A stretch of 63,424 bases of DNA, filler included, from Choristocarpus tenellus KU-1152 (lineage: Eukaryota > Protista > Phaeophyceae): the NCBI GenBank assembly GCA_964200185.2. It is 12 parts of 12 records of this genome, joined end to end, with 100 filler letters (N's around TTAATTAATTAA, not from the genome) between each part and the next. Parts side by side here need not be neighbours in the genome. Positions count along the whole stretch, not along the records: positions 27,338 to 32,186 come from CAXNAD020012804.1; positions 32,287 to 37,646 come from CAXNAD020011039.1; positions 37,747 to 48,683 come from CAXNAD020002616.1; 9 more parts are not named here. One strand, given 5' to 3'. The notes below the pieces were generated by a model. The model was not told where the DNA came from, made no database searches, and saw only the letters and a program-made list of their open reading frames with translations. The translations under genes and the position numbers were made by a program. Of the stretch, positions 27,238 to 39,440 are shown piece by piece. Each line of letters begins with the position of its first letter. Within the stretch, counting starts at the first letter, position 1.

Positions 27238-28067
27238 NNNNNNNNNNNNNNNNNNNNNNNNNNNNNNNNNNNNNNNNNNNNTTAATTAATTAANNNNNNN
27301 NNNNNNNNNNNNNNNNNNNNNNNNNNNNNNNNNNNNNTTTTTGGTTGTGACTCCCCCCCCCCCCCCCCCCGGATACTTTAGGTCTGTTGCTATTACGATT
27401 ACTATTAGTATTGTTATTACTATTAGTATTGCTGTTTTTAATCTTATTAGTTCTATTAACATGTGAAGTAGATACCATGGATGCATCCTGGTAATTTGAA
27501 TCATGAACTGCAAAAAGGCACTTGATTAGGACCAAACCCTAACCCTTGATTCTCCTAGTAGTATCTTTTACCTTGCCTCGGAGATGGGAGTAGGGTTAGG
27601 GATGCAAAGAATTCAGAAAGGACCAGGGAAGCAAATGGGTTGGAGCTTTCTTGGTAGATTTAGTTAGTAGCGCAAGGGACGTGGTGAAAAAAACAAAACG
27701 ATTACACACTGTTCTCACTTGAGAGTTAAAAAAAAAAAACTTGGATTGTGAAGTGACAAACAAGCAAGACCTTGGACTCAAATGGAGTAAGACATAATTA
27801 ATTGGATTGAGGTTAGGGTTAGGGTTAGGGTTAAGGTTAAGGTTTGGTGCTCTTTGTGTTCAATGGCTCCTCAGTGGAAGGCGTGCAATCCTCTTGCTGA
27901 CAAGAGAGTGTGAAGGCGGTTCGATTTTGAACATGTAGTACCTTTTTCTTCTTTTTTTTGGGGGGGGGGAGTCTGCTGAGGGGAAGACGGTGGGGGGGTA
28001 TCTAGGCCTTTCTCTGCAACATACAGGTTTGTACAGGTGAGATCTTGACTCTTTCTGGTGCCAGGTG

Positions 28068-28210
28068 GAAGCCTTCCTCTTGAGACCCCTTCAGCGGTTG
28101 AGACATCAATATTTGAAGAGTCAGTGGGGAGAAAGGATAATAGAAGCCCTCCTCTTGAGACCCCTTCAGCAGTTCAGTCAATAATATTTGAACATTAAGT
28201 GGGGAGAAAG
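28068..28210. repeat. 75-bp tandem duplication
   Basis: GAAGCC(T/C)TCCTCTTGAGACCCCTTCAGC begins at 28068 and 28143. Confidence 0.8.
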
Positions 28211-28719
28211 AAACAGTGTTATATATTTTTAGGTAATGTATGTACATGGAGGGTCTTGTTATGGTGGTGGGAACCAAATATTATCGCCGTCTGTCAGTGG
28301 AATAAAAACATGTTCAAATTGAAATGTTATAATGTCGTTCCAAGTCCTTTTTTTTTTTCAAAAGAGAACACATCATTTTTCGCTTCGGTTTGAGAGCCGG
28401 TCAAAATCGAAAAAACAGATAGTATACAGTATATACATAAAATAAAAGTATACTTTACTGCCCCACCCCCCACCCCCCCCCACCCCCTCCACACCCCCAG
28501 AGCTCAAAGAACCGATTCCAAGAAGATGACTGAATATTACGACTACAATCGGGGTCTTGCCAAGAATGTCTGCTGTTCCAGCTCCTAGCCCACACACGCC
28601 CCGCCCCTCCTCTCGTGCTCCATGTATGTGTGTGTTACACAAAACAGGGATATTATTATTTTTATGCACGATGCAGTTCAGTCGGTGTCCTGAGGAAGAG
28701 CTCTTCTACCTTGAATTTA

Positions 28720-28845
28720 CCTTTTTTTCCCCAAACTATTTATTTTTATTTTTACTCACCTTTTGAGGTTTTTTTCCCAAACTATTTATTTTTATTTTTA
28801 CTCACCTTTTGGGTTTTTTTTCCTAAACTATTTATTTTTATTTTT
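28720..28845. repeat. ~44-bp T-rich tandem repeat x3
   Basis: AAACTATTTATTTTTATTTTT(ACTCACCTTTT) repeated three times. Confidence 0.8.
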
Positions 28846-29799
28846 GAGACAGCCGTCTGGCATGAGCTTTATTTTTTTAGATACAGAGGTAGCTCTCGGG
28901 GCAAAGATCTGTGTCGAATTCGCCCCTTAGAGAGAGGAGGCGTTTGTCTTTTTTTTTTTCTTGTGTCCCTATTGGTGAGCGACTTCGCTGTAAAAAGTGT
29001 AAATAAAAAATACATTATTTTTAATTGTACCGAAATGCAGGCTGTGTGCATTCATTGGAGAGTGCTTGTAGCACTCTCAAAGCAATCTTGGGGCTACCAT
29101 CCTAACCCTAACCCTTGATGTACTTACAATTGTGTATATATGTATTATATTAACATCACATTATCCTATAAGGCCCTATCTGTGTATTGATTGTGTTTGT
29201 TGTTGTGTACTGTATGCTTGTACTGTGTAATGTCACAGAGCGTGAACGACACCTTGTGAGGGTTTGGAACACCCCTCCTGATATAGACCTGACCAAAAGA
29301 CTCAAGGTGTGTGGCAACAGTAATACCTCCAATCATGCGTGATGTGTGATGTGTGATGTGTTTATATTCAAAATATTTTCTACCTTGTAGATAATCAATT
29401 TTGTATATGACCTATGTTGTATCTTACTTATGATACATTTGATCTAGGTTGCTATATATCTGGAGTCTAAATATGATCTATAATATACTTTTGTCTCTAC
29501 TATATCTATTATTTGGTGTATATTATCTCTATTATTCATTATCTATATTATGCATGATCTATGGTGTGTAATACGTGGTCTGTGGAGTGGATACATGGAG
29601 GCATGCATTTTTATAGTGGAGGCAATAATGGAATGCCTCTAAACAATGATGTTATATTTTTGCTGATTTAAGAAAAGGATAGTCTAGCTGTGGTGTAATT
29701 GTGTGTTAGGGTTAGGGTTTGGTTTAGTGCTTGGTTTTTCGGTGACTCCTTGTGCATTCCATCTACTACTAGTCTTCTGTTTCAGAGCAATGTCAGTGA

Positions 29800-30238
29800 T
29801 CACCTAACCCTAACCCTAAGCTGACCATTTACTACTAGAGGTACAATTCACTACAAATACCCTAACCCTAATCTACTACAAGAGCCCTTACTCTAGTGTA
29901 CTACAATTAAACTAACCCAAATGTGCTAAAATAATCCTAACCCTAACCCTAATCTACTACAAAAACCCTAACCCTACCATACTGCAACAACCCTAACCCT
30001 AATGTGCTACAGTAACCCTAACCCTAATCTACTACAACCCTAACCCTACCATACTGCAACAACCCTAACCCTAATGTGCTACAATAACCCTAACCCCAAT
30101 CTACTACAACCCTAACCCTACCGTACTGCAACAACCCTAACCCTAATGTGCTACAATAATCCCAACCCCAATGTACTACAATTAACCTAACCCTAACGTA
30201 CTACAACAATCCTAACCCTAACCCTAATGTACTTCAAT
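29800..30238 (+). repeat. Interstitial telomere-derived satellite with higher-order structure
   Basis: ~24-bp monomers TACTACAA-x-(CCCTAA)2, arranged as a three-monomer ~71-bp unit repeated about three times. Confidence 0.85.
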
Positions 30239-31379
30239 GTGTACTCTGGCCGATGTTATTTTCCTCCTTGTGACATCTTGTGGTATGTGTGTATGTGTGT
30301 GTATCTTTTTTAAGGCGGAAGTATAAGTGTACACACTTCTACATGTCTGTGTTTGTTTTTCAATATAAATATAAATATAACTAAATATTTCTGTTTGTGC
30401 GTTGTTTTGGCCTCTCTGCTTGCTAAATATTTGTGTTGTTACACTGCCTTCTGTGTTCCTTAGCCCTGTCCTCTCTGGTGTAGCTCTTCCACTCCAGTGA
30501 TGCAACGCATCCCCTCTGCCCCCAATACCTCCCCACCATACAATCAATTTTTTTCTATCATTCACGGCATCTTGTGTAATAAACCCCCTCATTTTGCTGC
30601 CCTTGGACACATTTCTCACCTTAACCCTAACCCTAACCCTAACCCCTTCTGTTTTCTGTGTTGAATGTTGTTGCAGCTCATTTACTCCTCTTTGTCATCG
30701 CTCACATGCCGCCTGTTGTGTTGGAAACTCTTTTTGCTCTTTTTATTTTTTTGTTACTCCTTCGTTCCGGCAGTGGTGAAAATGTAGGAGGCGTTTGTAG
30801 CACGAGGTGCTTGCTAGTGACCCAAACCATTTAAGGCGGGGTAGGAGTCTTGCCCTCATTGACCTGTTCGTTATGGGCTTTTGGCTTCCCACAGACCTTT
30901 TTTTTTTCATGCCCCCTTTTTTTTAAAAATAAAGTTACCAAAAATATATGTACTACAACTTATGCAAAAGAGAACTGCTCAAGTAGAGTATTTTGCTTTG
31001 TGTGGTATGGATATGTTTACTAGCGGAGTGAGCACAGCCCTAACCCTCAGTGGTGGGGGGTGCTCTCTCTTATTATCTTATTATCTTATTATCTTATTAT
31101 CTTATTGCACACGTCAACTGACACATCAAGACGTGTCCTGCCGTTACATCGTACTATGTCACTTATCCTGTGTAGCTAGTACTATGTCAGAACTCCTCCA
31201 TCAGTCCATTTATATCAAGTAATAAGAAATCGATCATCTGCGATTCGACCTCATTACTTCACGCACACGAACTCAAGTCAATGACACTTGTTCCACTTAG
31301 CCAACATTCCTGTTGTCTCGTAGTGTTCACTAAACACGTATAATCCATATAGACTATCAGCCTATATTGCACACAACTA

Positions 31380-31603
31380 TGAAAGGCGTGCCTGGAGCAA
31401 GGATATCTTGATGCTTGCCAACAAACACGATATATATATATATATAGCCAAAATTACATCAAAATCACAACATTGGATTTTGGACCGCAAACGGACGCGG
31501 CTCTACCCTAACCCTATGAAATATACTTTTGACTCACTACCCTAGCACTATGAGATCTACTTTTGACTCACTACCCTAACCCTATGAGATACACTTTGGA
31601 CTC
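31380..31603 (+). mobile_element. MITE family B, right half with triplicated terminus
   Basis: Matches the 3' half of 12912-13168; terminal TACCCT...TACTTT(T/G)GACTC repeated three times, two units with an inserted CCCTAA. Confidence 0.7.
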
Positions 31604-32338
31604 TCTCTGTAGATAGTCCTTCACCCTGTGGCGCTTACAAATTGTTTAGAAATTGTTGTATGGCAGAGAGTGGTATGATATGGTATATATGTATATATAC
31701 CACCATCCATGTACCTCGCTTAGGATCACGCCTTCAGTGATTTTGATCAGTCGCCCTATGCTGTGTACTGAAAAGAACGCCTACCTCATTGAAAACTGGG
31801 ATTTATTTGTCCATCTCTGCGGTCGTGTTGGTTTCGTCGGTTTCATTTTTTGTAACTGTCACACTTCACGCTATATAGTATGTGCAGCGGTAGTAGTGAC
31901 AGATCCACCGCCTGATAAGGTGGTGTTGTTGAGGTGCTAGGGCTTTTGTGGGCTCTTTCGTGGTTGTCTACATTTTGTGAGAACAGTCACTGCAGAGGGT
32001 GGCCGTAATGAGATACATATCTTTCCTAACATACCATTCCTAATCTTCTCTTTTACATCTCCAACTCTTTTGGAAGGAAAAGGGGGCGGGGCGGGGGGGG
32101 GGGGGGGGGGGGGGGGGGCGGGCCCGGCGTGGGGGTTGTTGTGTGGGGGGTTTTTTTGGGGGGGCAAAAAAGAAAGGAGAAGGGGGNNNNNNNNNNNNNN
32201 NNNNNNNNNNNNNNNNNNNNNNNNNNNNNNTTAATTAATTAANNNNNNNNNNNNNNNNNNNNNNNNNNNNNNNNNNNNNNNNNNNNGGGGGGGGGTAGTA
32301 CAGCAGCTGCGGCGGCAGTGTCATCTTTTCCTTTGCAT

Positions 32339-32557
32339 ATGGGACACGGGGGAGGGGGAGGGGGTGGGGGCGGGGCAGGTCGAGAAGATGTTCCATGGCC
32401 AACAATGTCTGATGGTTATGCACTGGAGAAGATGATTGGCCGAGGGGCATTTGCAACAGTTTGGAAGGCGTGGTGTCCTGCAAAAGGTGTGAATGTGGCC
32501 ATCAAGGTAATGGACCTGGAGAATGTGACCCACAGCTTTGAAGACATTCGACAAGAG
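32339..32557 (+). CDS. STE20-family Ser/Thr kinase (OSR1/SPAK/Fray-like), first coding exon
   Basis: WPTMSDGYALEKMIGRGAFATVWKAWCPAKGVNVAIKVMDLENVTHSFEDIRQE| contains the Gly-loop, VAIK lysine and alphaC Glu; donor GAG|GTGAGA. The 'W...Y.L...IG.G...V..A.C' pattern is typical of GCK-VI. True start could be further upstream. Confidence 0.85.
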
Positions 32558-33024
32558 GTGAGAATGTACACGTATATATGTTCGCATGTCCACATACTGC
32601 TAGTGATAGAAGATGGTGAGACATCCCCAGGCAGTGAAAGCTTCAGAATAATCCTCCTGCAAGGACAGTATGTTCTCATTATAGACTTCTGTGATCGTTG
32701 ATGATCAACAACCCTCAACTTGAATGTCAAATGTGTCAGCTTTTTTTCTCCTGACAGACGTGAGGTTAGAAGCCGTGACTTAGACATGATCAGTTTGAAG
32801 TGTTCTTGCATTTGATGACTGAAGGTAACTGTGCAGTACTAACATTTCATATCTGTAATACCAGTGCACAACTGGGAATGTTGATTACTCCAGTGGATTC
32901 ATTGTTTTATTTGCTGATGGGGTGTGTGCTCTAGTGTGTGTATTTACATGTGTATGTGCATGCGTCACATACATGCATGTAGAACATGCTACATCTATAA
33001 TGTGGTTGTTTGCATATGTGTGCT

Positions 33025-33162
<138 letters not shown>

Positions 33163-36100
33163 CCTGTCTGTGTCTATCTATATCCTGACCCTTAACCTGA
33201 ATCCTAACGATTGATGCCAGCTATTATTTCAGGGTATATTTTTCCTGTAGGGTTGATGTGACGTCTATTCTATTCTATAAGTGTAAATGCTGTCCTTCAC
33301 GAAATATCTAGGACTTTACATTGGGTCAGCAATTAGCCAGGCTGGCACGGCCCCATTAATATCTCTGAAGATCTTGACCATACCATGTTACTCATGTTCT
33401 GCTGAGGCAGGCCCACTCTCCAGCCCTGTTATTATCTCGGACATCCCTGATAACCTTGGAACCTGGCTGGCTGGTCTAAACTCTTTAAACTGACCCTCAT
33501 AATGTCCAAAGTTTGTGTGGGACTAAACTCATCTTTTAACGAATCCCATCTTCAGTCATCTAGAATCTTACTATAGAATACGATGAACCAGGTACAGACC
33601 ATGCTGGTTTAGTACCATCTTGTTCTGAAATGGGTACGGACTGGCATGTGACTGGCCCTGTAAAATTCTCTGAAAACCCTGGCCTGTTCCTGTTAAAATC
33701 CTTTGTTGTGAACTGTTACAGTTCAATCGTCTTAAACTCAATTACTTGGAATAACCAAATACCTAGCTGAAAAAGTTTGGTTATTCAGTTATTTTTAAGA
33801 AATCAAAATACAGGCATAATGTAACTGAACGTGTCAGAGCTCACGGCATAACCACATATTAATCACATAGTGCCTTGTACCCTAAACTCACTGCGCATTC
33901 TTCTTGATGTGGCTTCTGATCTGCCTTCTGATACCTGCTTGATCTGCGAGGCTTAGGAACTTTTTTCGCCTCGCAGCACCATGCTCCACTTTGGCAATCT
34001 GTGTGTGTTTCATGCGCAGGGCCTCGTGTGCCGACACTTGAATTAAGTGAATTGAAAGTTTTCCAGCTGATTAAATTTCGCCTTACGTGATTCTGATTCA
34101 TAACATCAAATTATTCTGATTCACAAGATTATAAAGGACGCATTTACCAAGGCTGAACCTTGGACCGGCCATGTTAAAATCCCTTAAGGCCCTGAACTGA
34201 CCCTTTCAGATTTGTTTTCATCGAACCGGTCCATGGTGTGGCCCTGTCACATCTAACCAGTGTGATCTCCTGAAAATATATTGCATGGAAATGTGCAGGA
34301 GGGGGTGTTTGTTGGGTAACGTAATGTTGGGTAGGGATAATTTTTTATTGTTTGACATGTGGAAGTGTAAAGGTGGAGAACATTGTGTTTGTGGATGGTT
34401 GTGAAAAGAAAAGCAGTGTTATGTAAGTAGAGGTGCGCTTGCTTTTGTTGTCAGATCTGAGGTTGAATTGTCCTGCAAATTTTTGGTTATCGTTGTTATG
34501 TTCAAAGGGAGATTATTTGCTGCTCTGATCTGCGCGAGTTTGAACCATCAAGAGGGTTCATTTTTCCCTCCTGCAAAGTTTTGTTTGGCATTTAATAATT
34601 TTCAGTATGACATTTCTGCAATCAAAATGAGGGCGGACATTTGAAACAGCAAATGAGTAAATTACAAGAGGACTTGAGGTCCTAGTGGAAAGATGAATGT
34701 TGATTTTGTGTCTATGTCAGATAGGTGGAGGTTAGGGTTTATATTGCATAGACTGGGTCTTAATGTGCTTTTTTTGGTTGTGTATGTAATGGGTGAAGGG
34801 TTACTGAGAAATCAGAATGCAAATAATTTTCTTGGGGATCTCTCAATCGTCTATATTGGCCACGTCCGTGTTCCGTGTTGATTAAGTCATCGTTACACTT
34901 ATTTAGCTGGTCCATGTGATCTCATGACTCATGTGCATACTGGAGTGTATATTCTACCTGTGTATGTGTATGTGTATGTGTATTGTAGTGTGGGATACAA
35001 AACTTCTTGTCCTTCTTGTTTCACGCAGTGGTGTTACTTAGCTCTTCCTTGTGTGTCTGTACCAATTTTATGCTTACAGAATACCCTAGCAGTTAATTTA
35101 GTGTTTGATAACTCTCAAATCATCACTCTTTGGTTATCTAGTTCACAAATATAATCCTGTTCTAGACCTAGTCTTCAATGATATTTGGTATGCTTATGTA
35201 TAGGAAGCTATGAGGTGGATTAGATGTTTAGGTGGATCTGAGAAGGTTCCACAAAGACCCCATTTGGAGATATTTGCAACGCTCTGGAGGTGATAGAGTA
35301 ATTTTTGATGAGCAGTATATATTCATACACCTTTGCCTCTTCAGGTCTAACAGCATATGGTCCGCTCAACACCATTAATTTTTTTTTTTGTGGGGCAGTA
35401 TCTGGGAAATACTAGGAATTGGAAGGTGGAACGAGAAACATGTTGTCAACAGTCAACGATTACATTTCGATATTTTTCTTGACTAGTGTTATGCTGGGCT
35501 GAAATTATCTGGGCTAAGGTAGCTCAGTACCCTAATTTAGAATTACCTTGTCAAGGCCATCGATATGGTTCTTGTTTCATCTTCCAGTTATTATTTTTTG
35601 TGAGAAATTGCCCCACACATACATGGTGAAATTGTGATAATGGACAGGTGATGCCTGCATGATATGGCACAATGCAGAGCCTTTCTTTGCAACCTCCAGA
35701 TTGCCAAACACTGGTGGGAATTATACCTCATGAAATGTAGGTCATTTTTACCTTCTGACAGTTGTGCTCCTTTATTGATGACCTTGTCATGATGTCGGAC
35801 TTGGGAGGGTGCCACCTAAGTTGCTAGTGGTGGTGGTGATGTACTTATGGGGTTGTTTTGAACGGTGTTATATCAGCTCATGTCCTGAAGGTGCAAACAA
35901 CTCTCAGGAAAACTCCGTCAAGTGTTCCACACTTATCCCGAGTGCTCTGGGATCCTGTCTGGTGGACTATGTGCTCTCACATGTGGTAGCATGTCTGACC
36001 TCCTGTACGTACCATATGTTGTATGTTATCTTGGGTAAGAAAACGTTGGGAGTGTACGGATGTGCTTCCATCAATGATGCCTCCTCGGATGCACTTTCCA

Positions 36101-36559
36101 TTTTTGTTTTGGACAGGACATACATACTGTCCCATAAGTCTGGGTTGTTATGTTGTAGCTCTAAGTGATAACCTCCGATTACAAAATTAACTTTGTATTG
36201 GATTCCTTAGAATAATATTTTACATAAAACAAATTCAGAACAGAATTTACAAAGGATTATGTTCTGAAATTGTTCTGAAAGAATGGAACCCAAAATGGGT
36301 AATGTTCTTATAATTTTTGATAGTTCCTGCTGCAGTGTGGAGCCACACAGCACTCTCACAACCCCCATGGCAAGCCCCTGCAGCCCATCATCCCCGACAC
36401 AAAGCCCACCGTCTCGGTGAAAGAACTGCAAGCTGACCAGGGAAGGTTGGACTGTTGTTGCTCTTTGTTATGCATTGACTCTTCCCCTGGGTCATGAGAC
36501 ACTCCTGAGGGGTGTGGGGTCCAAAATTGGCGAAAGAGTTTGGAGTGGGAGAGAGACAC

Positions 36560-37646
36560 CTCAGAAGAGTGTGTGGGTGCGCATCAAAGAACAGTTAAGA
36601 CAGGGGGGATACCGTCTCCCTGAAATCACAAGCACAATCTGGATGGCCGTTAGACTTTATGCCAATGAAACAAGCGAATTTCCGCGAAATCAACGCCACT
36701 AATCACATGCTGACTATTGACCAACATTCTGCCAAGCTCGCCGAAGCGGGCCTTGCAGTTGGCAGCTCAAAGCTTCATCGTGGGCTCAAAGTCATGGGGG
36801 GGGTAATGAGGGGTCAGGGTCAGTGGCACGTCACCCCTAACCTTTTGTTTTCTCACAAGAAGAACAGGGTGTACTTCATCCTCCACCAGATCTCCTGCAA
36901 CCGCAAAACGTACAGGACTGGCCTCAACGCCATCAACATTGGCGAGATGTTGTATCTCATCCACAAACAAGATGTGGTATGCGAGTTTATGGGGTAGGAA
37001 ATGGTGGGCTCGACAAATGTGTAGCAAGAGTTGCATTCCCAAAGTGATGGTCATCGCTGCTGTTTCGTGTCTGGATCCTTCTCATGATTTCAATAGCAAG
37101 ATTGGGATCTGAAGGGTTTGTGTCATCAAGGGGGTGCAATGGACTACAGCGCAACACACGAAGGGCGAGGAGTACGAGGTTGATGTTACTGTCGATGCTG
37201 AGTGTTACCAGGAGTGGTACACAGAGCAGCTGTTGCCAGTGATGAAGGAAAAAATGCTGTGGCTGGAATTGGGGGGGGCTTCCCATAAAAGTAGGACGGC
37301 ATGACCCTGCATACAGGCAAGGGCACAGTGCAGAAGCTGAACGCAGAAGGGATGGAGGAGGAATGGAGCATTAAGCTCATGACGCAGCCAGTGCACTCAT
37401 TGGATCTCAACATCAATGATTTGGGTTTTTTTGCATCTCTGAAGTGCAGAGTTTGGGCAGAGTGTTACGGCACTGTTGATGGGCTTGTAGAGGGGGTTTC
37501 AAGGATGTTCCACACGTACGATGCAGACGTGCTTGAGAGGGTGTGGCAAAGTATGTTAAAGAGGTAAAATCAGGTGTTAAGGGCGCTGGGGGGGGGGGGC
37601 GATTTTGGGGTAGAGCACACCGGAACCAAAAAAAGGCAGTGGGGGG
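36560..37646 (+). mobile_element. Degenerate Tc1/mariner transposase, plant/stramenopile DD39D-like
   Basis: Frameshifted motifs: INIGEMLYL (IHIDEKWFY-like), SKSCIPKVMVIAAV...FNSKIGI*, *DGMTLH, TQPVHSLDLNINDLGFFASLK, LERVWQS. Confidence 0.88.
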
Positions 37647-37746
37647 NNNNNNNNNNNNNNNNNNNNNNNNNNNNNNNNNNNNNNNNNNNNTTAATTAATT
37701 AANNNNNNNNNNNNNNNNNNNNNNNNNNNNNNNNNNNNNNNNNNNN

Positions 37747-38285
37747 AGAATGATCTGGAGTTGAGGAGCCCCTAATGTGACAAAACCATTGGGGTTCTGG
37801 GCTAGGTCGATTCTCGCTGCAGAGAGGAGCTCCAGTTCTGAGGGCATGGTTTGGTGGCCCTGGGGAGGTGCGGCAAGGTCTTGTCCATATTTTGGTCAAT
37901 GCCTACCTCATGGAGGTCAGTTTTTAACTGCTCGAAGGCAGCTATGTTGGTAGGGCCGATCTCCCTTGCTGACATGGATGTGTAGTCCAGGTGACTTCGG
38001 GAGGAAATCCCTTGGGGTCCAAAAACAGACAGGACCTGTTGAAGGGTCTTGTGTGTTGTCATGCTATATAAGAGGGGGGCAAGTGGGTCTCCCTGTTGTA
38101 CCCCTGATCTTTATGGCAGGATCTTCATCCCTCCCTCGTCCAGGGGAGAAAGAAGATTGCGGGTGTCCCCATATACCTTGGAGATATAAGGCAGGAGTCC
38201 TGGTAGAGTCTCTGGAAGGGCCTGGATGAAAGCTGAGCAACATACGCTGTTGAAGGTATTTCTTCCATCTAAACTGATGTCTGAT
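37747..38285 (-). mobile_element. Non-LTR retrotransposon RT fragment (CRE-like), inactive
   Basis: One frame: ISLDGRNTFNSV...KILP*RSGVQQGDPLAPLLY...RSHLDYT (mutated YLDD)...LKTDLHEVGIDQNMDKT; one in-frame stop. Confidence 0.85.
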
Positions 38286-38739
38286 CCGTGATGATAACGA
38301 GAAAGTTGTTGTTGTTACAGTTGGTACCTCTATGAATCGTGTGATTCTGTGGCGGTGTGGTTCACTCAGGTAAGGGTGGTGAAGAGAATCACCAAGCAAG
38401 ATGGACCAAGACGAACCGTACCCGAGAGGACGAGGTTAAGGTTGGACAAGTGTGAGACTGCTTGGACTTGCAGGAAACTTTGGAGTGATGAGAATCTTAC
38501 GAGAGGGGGATCCTCACAAAAGTCAAGATGTGACAACAAAGAGAATCTTTGATGTGTGACATCTCTGGTTGAAGAGATGTCCACTCTTTGTGGGGTTGTT
38601 CTCTTGAGAGATTCCACACCTCCACTGGAATCGGGGATTCCTGACAAGGAAACCTTAATCGGTATAACGGTACATGTCATACGACAATAGCGGTATAACA
38701 ACGGACAAACATGCTTTCCACACCTCTCATGAATTTATA

Positions 38740-39440
38740 ATCACTACCCCTTCTACGTAGAAGTAGTATGTGAGAACACAGACTACCTGACGAGGAGAGG
38801 GATGCTGGAAGAGGGAGGTATCGCACGATACTTGGACACAAACTTCACAATTGGAGCAGACGAGCATCTCTTTATCTGCAAGGTCGAAATTGCAACTCAA
38901 GAGATAACACATACATACATATAGTTGGTTGGGCAATATGAATCCTACATATAATATTTATTTTTATTATTATGCCCTCTGACATTTTGGAGATGTGTCA
39001 GGGGGAAACCAATGAAAACTATATACATATTTATTATTATGCCCTCTGGCATTTTGCAGATGTGTCAGGGGGGAAGCCAATGAAAACTATACATATGTCG
39101 TTATTAGCCCTAAAGTAATCCTACATATATGGTTCATATAGGATACTGATGAACCCATACCGTTTCTGACTCAACCTCGTAATTGTTAAGATGTTAAGGG
39201 TGTATGGAAGTACATATGAGGTAAGATAGATATCTGACGATGTAGAAAAAAACCTACCTATGACATCTGTTCTTATATATCCCAACGAGTCAAAACCACT
39301 TGATATTTTATTTCGTTTCCAGTCTAAATGGTTACGTTGATACGTGTGAGTAGGAAAAATACTGCTGGTCACATATGTGGAAGTATATATATAACCGTAA
39401 GTGTGATGAAAACCCAATCTACCGCATATTATGTAGGGAC
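38740..39440 (-). pseudogene. Decayed Ulp1/C48-peptidase-like segment followed by a PHD-finger-like segment
   Basis: VDWVFITL...KISSGFDSLGY across frameshifts, then LYVCMC...DKEMLVCSNCEVCVQVSCD; interrupted by the family C dimer. Confidence 0.35.
38954..39116 (-). mobile_element. Family C head-to-tail dimer within one 13-bp TSD
   Basis: AATCCTACATATA at 38941-38953 and 39117-39129 brackets two copies. Confidence 0.85.

Noticed and set aside
29800-30238. Repeat-spacer pattern as a CRISPR-like array
   Set aside because: Spacers are ~10 bp, related to each other and recur cyclically; the repeat is telomeric; no cas genes; eukaryotic context.
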